Source of the DNA: a virus
DNA: 64,000 bases
Virus record (IMG/VR): IMGVR_UViG_3300009194_000008
Span: 1-64,000 of that record
Direction: 5' to 3' (one strand)
Positions 57,621 to 64,000 of this stretch are shown piece by piece. The translations under genes were made by a program, and so were the position numbers. The notes below the pieces were generated by a model, which had not been told where the DNA came from, did no database searches, and worked only from the letters and a program-made list of their open reading frames with translations. Every line of letters starts with the position of its first letter. The stretch's first letter is position 1.

Positions 57621-58688
57621 TTAGTCGGCCCACCCGACTTTAACTGGATTGCCTGACGCACGGTTGGCCAGTGCCCAGAAAACCAGATTCGTGGTAAACA
57701 TGCGCGATTCCATGGGAGGAACAATGAGCGTCAACCGATCCAACTGCGTATAAGCGTCAATATACCCGTCCACTATTTCGTCGTCGGGGAGTTCGAGAAG
57801 TTCAATCGGCACAGTCATTTCACGCACATTTGTCTCGAGGTACGTGTTGGTGTTGATGGTGTTAAGGAGTTTGCGGAGATCGTGTTGATATCCTTCCTTA
57901 AACGCCACGATTTTCTCAGAAGATGAAAATACATCTTCAAGGTCAACCTCACGCGACACTACCTTGAGTCCTTCGATATCACGCAGTGGGGAATTCATAG
58001 TCAGTGTAGCGGTGGGGAGCTCCCCTAGCATCTTTTTAATATGTGGCGAGAAATACAGATACCCCAACTTACTCCGTTGTGTTTCTATTTGATCATTAAT
58101 TGCCCGATAAAGGCGATGACGTAGTCGTGTGGGTAAGGTAGTATCCTCTTCACCTGCCATATGGCCGAGCAGGCGGTATTCCACCGGGAGGTGTTCGTGG
58201 TGGTTGTTCAAAAACTCAAATACTACATCGGAGCGCGACATTTCTGTCATGCACCGTTTGATAAAGTTAGGTGTTGTCGTTTCACTACCCCAAATGAACG
58301 TTGATTCAGAGCGTTCACGGTTAAGGAACAGTAAGAACGCAAGTTCACACAGCGCGCTATGGGAAAGCTTTGGGAACAGGTGACGAACCCAGAAACAGAA
58401 AAGCTTGACATAGGCCTCGTCGTCACAGAAGATAACCACGGGCCTGTCGCGGTCACATAACAGTTCTAACTCATCAGGAAAAACACTCGTAATAAAGTCA
58501 TCGACGTCCTTGGTATAATAACAGGTCTGTGCGAGTTCTGGAATACCTAACGACTTCGACAGTCGATCATCTTCGGATTCTAGAAAATGATCCTCAATAC
58601 CACTACCAATGATGTATCGTTGGGTGTTACTGTTGAGGTGGTCAATATGGTCAACATAAACGTCGTCAAATAACAGGTACATTCTCAA
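57621..58688 (-). CDS. hypothetical protein of the radical SAM cluster
   Basis: 355-aa ORF coupled to its neighbours. Confidence 0.7.
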   Translation of the reverse strand: MRMYLLFDDVYVDHIDHLNSNTQRYIIGSGIEDHFLESEDDRLSKSLGIPELAQTCYYTKDVDDFITSVFPDELELLCDRDRPVVIFCDDEAYVKLFCFWVRHLFPKLSHSALCELAFLLFLNRERSESTFIWGSETTTPNFIKRCMTEMSRSDVVFEFLNNHHEHLPVEYRLLGHMAGEEDTTLPTRLRHRLYRAINDQIETQRSKLGYLYFSPHIKKMLGELPTATLTMNSPLRDIEGLKVVSREVDLEDVFSSSEKIVAFKEGYQHDLRKLLNTINTNTYLETNVREMTVPIELLELPDDEIVDGYIDAYTQLDRLTLIVPPMESRMFTTNLVFWALANRASGNPVKVGWAD

Positions 58689-59397
58689 CTCCTAATTCAC
58701 TAACCGCTTTATTGAACCGAGCGATAAACTCTTTCTCATCAAACTCGCCCTGCTGTATCCCGATGCCGATCAGGAATACCGGATTTTCAGCATTACACCA
58801 AAAAAGTTCCAGTGTACTTCCCCGGTAAAGGGGTTTATCGTAAAGATCCTGATAGTAACACAACGGAATAATGGGGGTGCCATCCAGGAGTAATGGGAAC
58901 AGATCGTGGCCGATTAGTTTAATATAGTTAATTCCCGTTAGATCCCGATCGGTTACTACCTCGTGTTGTTTGAAAATATAGTCCTCATTGACCCCGGTCC
59001 ATTTCATGTTGTAGAGACTGAGTGACTCGATAATACTCAGCCAACGGTAAATAATGTCACGGTTTTGAGGGTCGATGATAAGATCGTGGTAGTCGATCCC
59101 CGACTCACTGGCAAACCCTTTAATTTGTAGTAATACTTCTAGGACGCCACGTTCCAGCTGAGGTAGGTCATGCACCATAGGAGAGCGCATATACGCCAGC
59201 AACAGAGAAAAATAATCATCGGTTGATGTAAAATCTAACGTTACTTCCATTCCGAGGTTGGTCAAATACGTCAAAAATACTTGCCCTTCAAGTTTCGACT
59301 CCGCTACGTCGATAACCACCTCAGGCGTGGGCTTCTCAGCCACCAGTCTTTTGATAACATCGGTGGGGACTGGAACTACCGTATTAATTGCTTGCAT
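58666..59397 (-). CDS. hypothetical protein of the radical SAM cluster
   Basis: GAGGA RBS; 243 aa. Confidence 0.72.
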   Translation of the reverse strand: MQAINTVVPVPTDVIKRLVAEKPTPEVVIDVAESKLEGQVFLTYLTNLGMEVTLDFTSTDDYFSLLLAYMRSPMVHDLPQLERGVLEVLLQIKGFASESGIDYHDLIIDPQNRDIIYRWLSIIESLSLYNMKWTGVNEDYIFKQHEVVTDRDLTGINYIKLIGHDLFPLLLDGTPIIPLCYYQDLYDKPLYRGSTLELFWCNAENPVFLIGIGIQQGEFDEKEFIARFNKAVSELGVENVPVI

Positions 59398-59422
59398 CTA
59401 GGTTGTCCTCTATACTTAGTTT

Positions 59423-59995
59423 TTACACACCACCACCGTTACCTGGACCGTCGCCATGACAGCTAGAGTGGCAACTATAATGGCAGCTAGAATGACAGAA
59501 TGTTTCGCTGATGGATACCGTTGAATTCCGTACATTGACCACCTTATTCTTTACCGCCGTCATGTACGATCTCAGATCGCCATAATCGACCGGATTTCCA
59601 GCGGCCGTGCCACTGCCTCCAGGATCACTAATACCTGTCCTATAACCACTATGTAGATGACCAATGCGGGTCTCATTAGCAAATACATAATACCTGGAGT
59701 TATTGTTGTACCGCATATACACTGAAACACGGCGGATTGCTGTGTACAGCGCGGCATGTGCGACAATACGACTGCGCATGGTAGACGAGTCAATATTACC
59801 GGAGAAGTCACTGGTACTTGGACTATTGTAAAGTCCATTTTTCGACCCAGTGAAGTACGACTCGTATGTACTCCGGGCATAGCCGTTGTAATCAGGTGGG
59901 TAATTGCCACTTCCCCAACTAATTCCCGAATTCAGAGGATTTCGAATGTAGGCGTTAAACAGGTTAACGACGTGCTGTGATGTAACATCGGTCAT
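59423..59995 (-). CDS. Ser/Tyr/Asn-rich protein with C-terminal CHSS-CHYS-CHSS-CH repeat (putative modification substrate)
   Basis: C-terminus FCHSSCHYSCHSSCHGDGPGNGGGV; located between two radical SAM genes. Confidence 0.75.
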   Translation of the reverse strand: MTDVTSQHVVNLFNAYIRNPLNSGISWGSGNYPPDYNGYARSTYESYFTGSKNGLYNSPSTSDFSGNIDSSTMRSRIVAHAALYTAIRRVSVYMRYNNNSRYYVFANETRIGHLHSGYRTGISDPGGSGTAAGNPVDYGDLRSYMTAVKNKVVNVRNSTVSISETFCHSSCHYSCHSSCHGDGPGNGGGV

Positions 59996-60001
59996 GTTTC
60001 A

Positions 60002-61042
60002 TTATCCTTCAATCATCGTAAGTGGGATGAGGTTGTCGCCGCCTCTCTGGATGTAACGCAAAAGATTTTTCAAACCACCGCACCGGTCACCCTGCCAGGG
60101 AAGTTGATGACAATCACCGCCACATAGATGAAACACATCACACTGTAAACAGTTGGGGTGAAAATTCAACTCGTGGGTGATTTCAGCAAGTCGCCCATCG
60201 CTGGTAAGAAAGGTTTCAACACTGTCGTCAATCGTGGCATGTTTATTACTTGCTGCGGTGTTGGGACATCCAGCGAGTGACCCATCGGCGTTCATTGTTA
60301 CTAGATTCTGTTCGCAGTTACGGCAGTTGGTGTCTGTCTTAACCACCTGTGTATCAAGCTTCTCCTCAATTATATCTAAGGTGCCGATTGAGAAATTCCA
60401 ATGGTACTGTGGATCCTTGTATAATTTATAGACCTCGACAAACCAATTATCTTGAGCTTCGTTATCCGGAAAGATCGCCGGGTTGCGCACGGCGTTACCA
60501 TCCAGCGTCAGGCGTTCCAGTTTGATGTTCTCCGGCGCTACCTGTTGCATCTCATTAAGGAACTCCATTATCTCCATATTCACCAGTTCGGTGTTGACCG
60601 AAACAAAAACACACCGTGGAATCCCTTCGTTCTTCAAGATGGCAACATTCTTTTCCCATAGCGCCTTTTGGTTATGGGTTTCAAAACGAATCCCTACATC
60701 CCAGCTGGTACCGACAAACCCAATGCGGCGTAAGAGCGCCAGTTTCCGATCATCCAACTTCAACACGAGGTTCGTCGTAATTGTAATTGCAACATTTGGT
60801 TGTTTTTCATAATAGGCAACGAATCGTTCCAAATCCTCTATGGGGGCAAGAAGTGGCTCACCTCCATGTAGGATCAGCATCACCTGTTCCCCTTCTGGGT
60901 AGTGGGCGATAAATTGATCAATCCAGGCAATGGTGGCGTCTGCATCCCACTTGACTTTACTCCCGTTGCGTCCGTTAGTAAAGCAGTGGTCACAATGCAG
61001 GTTACAAGTATCGGACGTCTTAACATAAATTGCCTTACTCAT
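60002..61042 (-). CDS. radical SAM/SPASM-domain maturase 1
   Basis: CNLHCDHC; HGGEPL; CRNC, GCP and CLQC...CGGDC...C. Confidence 0.92.
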   Translation of the reverse strand: MSKAIYVKTSDTCNLHCDHCFTNGRNGSKVKWDADATIAWIDQFIAHYPEGEQVMLILHGGEPLLAPIEDLERFVAYYEKQPNVAITITTNLVLKLDDRKLALLRRIGFVGTSWDVGIRFETHNQKALWEKNVAILKNEGIPRCVFVSVNTELVNMEIMEFLNEMQQVAPENIKLERLTLDGNAVRNPAIFPDNEAQDNWFVEVYKLYKDPQYHWNFSIGTLDIIEEKLDTQVVKTDTNCRNCEQNLVTMNADGSLAGCPNTAASNKHATIDDSVETFLTSDGRLAEITHELNFHPNCLQCDVFHLCGGDCHQLPWQGDRCGGLKNLLRYIQRGGDNLIPLTMIEG

Positions 61043-61048
61043 ACATCC

Positions 61049-61750
61049 TCACGTCAGCGGAGGGAGTTTAGTGTCGTCGATCAGATGTTCTCTGAACCAC
61101 TTGATCACTACGTACTTGGTGTGGGTGACTACAGGTGTAGACAGGTGGTGGGCCTTATTGTCGGCTGTCGCAAGGGGGTAGTTAAAAAACAACAACGACC
61201 CTTTTTTTGGGTAAACGCAAATACCCAAGTGATCAAAGCAGGTACCGCCATCACCATGTGTGTCATTTAAATACATGACCATGGTACCGACCCGTTGTCC
61301 TCCATTATCAAGTGCCCGAGAACGGTTTTTTCCTTCGCCAAAGAAATCATGGTGTCCACGGATACCTTCGTCGTAGTCGTACCGAACAAAACTACTACGT
61401 TCCGTTTTAAACCGTGGCCATAATGTAATCGCCTCAAGGCGTTCTTCAAACCTCTTCATAATCGGACATGAACTACGTTTTAGAGCTTTCCCATATGCAG
61501 TGCGACGCTCGTCAATAACCTCATTACCTTCATGGTCTAAAAGAAAACCCATGCGTTTGAGACCGGTGTTGTATTTTTCGATGAGGGTATCGCATTCAAC
61601 ATCGGTTAGAAAATGATCGATAACTCTAACATGCGGGTCATCAATGGAGAGACGTACACAACAGTCATCTGGAAGTAGGTGACGTGCACTGTTTAGGGAG
61701 TGCTCACTGATGGTTGGTGCCACACGGTACGGGGGTATCGGGTATGACAT
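61049..61750 (-). CDS. prolyl-4-hydroxylase-like 2OG-Fe(II) dioxygenase
   Basis: FLTDVECD, HHDFF (HxD), GGQRVGTMVMYLN, GGTCF, H...V...KYV..KW; start approximate (track start 61834). Confidence 0.85.
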   Translation of the reverse strand: MSYPIPPYRVAPTISEHSLNSARHLLPDDCCVRLSIDDPHVRVIDHFLTDVECDTLIEKYNTGLKRMGFLLDHEGNEVIDERRTAYGKALKRSSCPIMKRFEERLEAITLWPRFKTERSSFVRYDYDEGIRGHHDFFGEGKNRSRALDNGGQRVGTMVMYLNDTHGDGGTCFDHLGICVYPKKGSLLFFNYPLATADNKAHHLSTPVVTHTKYVVIKWFREHLIDDTKLPPLT

Positions 61751-61870
61751 TAATAGGTACTCTGGGTGGAGTGATGGTATTTCTATAATATTCCCTAACG
61801 GGGTATTCCTCCACCAACCCGGATAGACCCACATAGTGGGCGGTCCTTAGACCGCCCACCTTGTGGTGCC

Positions 61871-63157
61871 TTATTGCCACTGTGGCGGCCACACGGTTCG
61901 CCATGAACCACTAACCCGTGCCTGGAGCTGTCCATTGTAAACTCTCAGGCTGGTTTCGTCGCTGGAGTTTTTGATCACGTAACGACTATCGTGTTCATTA
62001 CCCGCAATGTGGTCATTCAGTGCCTGACGAACACGCTGCGGTGTCATGAAACGGTTGCCGGCGGTACCATTCACAGCATCACTGTAAGAGGCAGTCGGGT
62101 AGTTGTCTACATTACCTAACCCCACCTGAGCTTTCGTAACGTTGTGTGGGTTGTTGGTGTTAGTGGTATGTTGCTCCAACTGCCGTCCCGCTTGGAAATC
62201 AATGGCTTGCGCGGTGCGCAGTGGGGTCATATACCGATCGTTACGATCCCCAACTTCAGCCTCGCCCTGGGATGAAAGAGTAAAATCCTCCACCCGACCA
62301 AGACCCACTTGAGTTTTCGTGACGTTATGGGGGTTGTTATAATCATCACGGTGACTACGAAAGTCCCGACCTAGATGAAAATCAACCCCGTGGACCAAAC
62401 CCTCTACGGTTATAAAGCGGTTATTCGCGGTTCCTGTTTCAACTTCCAGTAACGTTGCGGTAGGGTAGTTATTCACTGAACCCAAACCCACCTGGGCTTT
62501 CGTGACGTTATGGGGGTTCGTTGAGTTGGCTTTGTGGTCCTGGAACCGACCATCGAGAGCATCGGTATAGTCCTTCCCAACGTCGAGCAGTTCCCGGGCG
62601 TACGCCCGTACTTCGTCATGAATTGACTGATCACCCACCACAATCGCTTGGACAACGCGTTCTAACTGGATGACCAGATACTCAAATCCATACAACTCCC
62701 ATAGCGCATGTAGATGCCCTCCTGGGGGGTATTCCGATGGCTTACCAATGATCTCGGCCCATTCAACTGGTCGATCATCATCTTTCAGGGTTTGAAGTAC
62801 CTGCTCCAGCGCGGCTGTTGAAATTGCAAAGTCACCACCCACCGCCTGGTAGTCGACGGTGACTTCTGAGGTAACATTGGGGTCAATAACAACCAATGTA
62901 CCACAAACTTCCAGACCGCTGCGGGTAGTAGCATCCTCGTATAGGTAGGTGGCAATGTAATGGACATCGGGTTTTAACCGAAGGCCCGAAGAATCCCTAA
63001 GGACCAAGGACTCGGTATAAAACGCGCCATTGTTAGGAACAAATACACGCATGCCATCACGTGAGTTTTCCACCAGGGTATGGCGTTCCCCAATGACCAG
63101 ATTGTCTGGATTTCGTCCAGTCAGGTCCAACGGATACTTACGAATTAACGGGGTCAT
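61871..63157 (-). CDS. tail fibre protein (phiKZ gp145-like)
   Basis: YPLDLTG..PDNLVIGE N-terminus; three NPHNVTKxQVGLG.V repeats with MTP repeats. Confidence 0.78.
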   Translation of the reverse strand: MTPLIRKYPLDLTGRNPDNLVIGERHTLVENSRDGMRVFVPNNGAFYTESLVLRDSSGLRLKPDVHYIATYLYEDATTRSGLEVCGTLVVIDPNVTSEVTVDYQAVGGDFAISTAALEQVLQTLKDDDRPVEWAEIIGKPSEYPPGGHLHALWELYGFEYLVIQLERVVQAIVVGDQSIHDEVRAYARELLDVGKDYTDALDGRFQDHKANSTNPHNVTKAQVGLGSVNNYPTATLLEVETGTANNRFITVEGLVHGVDFHLGRDFRSHRDDYNNPHNVTKTQVGLGRVEDFTLSSQGEAEVGDRNDRYMTPLRTAQAIDFQAGRQLEQHTTNTNNPHNVTKAQVGLGNVDNYPTASYSDAVNGTAGNRFMTPQRVRQALNDHIAGNEHDSRYVIKNSSDETSLRVYNGQLQARVSGSWRTVWPPQWQ

Positions 63158-63175
63158 CGATTACTCCACTTATCA

Positions 63176-64000
63176 TTAGGCCAGTAGTGCTGTTGTTGCA
63201 TCACCAAATACGGTATCCAGTTCCGATACGACATCGGTCATTTGTTGGTCAATATCGGAAAACTCGGCATCATACAGTCCAGTCACCGTAACCATAGTTG
63301 GTGAGTCCAATGTGTCGGCGGAGACAATCGCTGTAGGGTCTTCGAGCTCAGTATTGTACAACTCGGCGATCGGAATGAGGTTAATGTTCTCAATCACACC
63401 TGCGGGTTGTATCCAAAGTTCCTGGCCGTTTTCCACATTCATGGTGGTGGCAATATTCAAATCAAACTCACCGCCATTTAGAATCGTGGCACTTGCAGGA
63501 GTTCCTGGCTCACCCATATGGATTTGAAGAATAGCATCTCGACCATTAACGTGTCGACCGGTTAACAAGAACGACGCATTACCGGATTCGATTACCGAGT
63601 TGTCGTCTGCAAGTTGTTGCGGGCGAGTCAGTAGACGGATATACTGCGTCCCAGTTGCGTTATTGACATCAAATGAGAGGAAACGGACGAAATTGTCAGT
63701 CAATGGTCCGACAATAAGGTCAGGTACTGTTAAGCCACCCACCCTATCACTGTCAAACGCAGTTCCAGTAAGGATGTCGGCCGCTAAATCGGGTTTAAGC
63801 AAACCAAACACACGACTTGCGTCATAAGCGACACCGTCTGTGGGCAGAAGTCCAGTGGTTATGGAGTCGATCTCCGCAATGGTGTATGCCCCTACCTGTT
63901 CCGCCGATACCTGGTGTGGGTTTTCAAAATCGTTAACATGACTTTCCAGAACCGTCCCAGTTACCGCTGCGATGGCCTCTTTTGTTGTCATCGGGGTCAT
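63176..64000 (-). CDS. tail fibre protein C-terminal part (phiKZ gp146-like); partial
   Basis: Open to the window edge; MTP and NPHQVSAEQVG repeats. Confidence 0.65.
   Translation of the reverse strand: MTPMTTKEAIAAVTGTVLESHVNDFENPHQVSAEQVGAYTIAEIDSITTGLLPTDGVAYDASRVFGLLKPDLAADILTGTAFDSDRVGGLTVPDLIVGPLTDNFVRFLSFDVNNATGTQYIRLLTRPQQLADDNSVIESGNASFLLTGRHVNGRDAILQIHMGEPGTPASATILNGGEFDLNIATTMNVENGQELWIQPAGVIENINLIPIAELYNTELEDPTAIVSADTLDSPTMVTVTGLYDAEFSDIDQQMTDVVSELDTVFGDATTALLA

Noticed and set aside
1-64000. CRISPR array, rRNA, integrase or transposase
   Set aside because: No regularly spaced direct repeats or corresponding motifs; the repeats seen are protein-coding fibre or collagen repeats and terminator motifs.

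Overview
A 64-kb segment of a phiKZ-type jumbo phage genome (nucleus-forming Chimalliviridae-like). The call rests on recalled similarity and gene order; no chimallin gene lies in this window. The core gene order follows the phiKZ gp97-gp146 interval: virion proteins, DnaB-type helicase, major capsid protein, non-virion RNA polymerase beta-like subunit, portal, tail/baseplate genes, RuvC-like resolvase and tail fibres. Accessory blocks are interspersed. (1) An early-gene region (5.7-16 kb) with small membrane proteins, a DarG-like macrodomain, an Ntn-hydrolase-like protein and DHFR. (2) A CBM2-PL14 polysaccharide lyase after the capsid gene. (3) A tRNA locus made of a truncated tRNA-Leu 5' end, an HNH endonuclease, an intact tRNA-Leu(TAA) and about 680 nt of ORF-poor, extensively base-paired sequence that looks like a large ornate ncRNA. 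(4) A minus-strand set of modular fibre/adhesin genes sharing an Mtd-N-like module, plus a subtilisin protease, a secreted nuclease, two endolysins and spanins. (5) A RiPP-like cluster beside the tail-fibre genes: two radical SAM/SPASM enzymes, two 2OG-Fe(II) oxygenases and a P-loop protein around a protein with a C-terminal CHxS repeat. The best candidates for an undescribed system are the radical SAM/CHxS cluster and the tRNA-HNH-large ncRNA locus. All product calls come from motif recognition by eye; no database searches were run.
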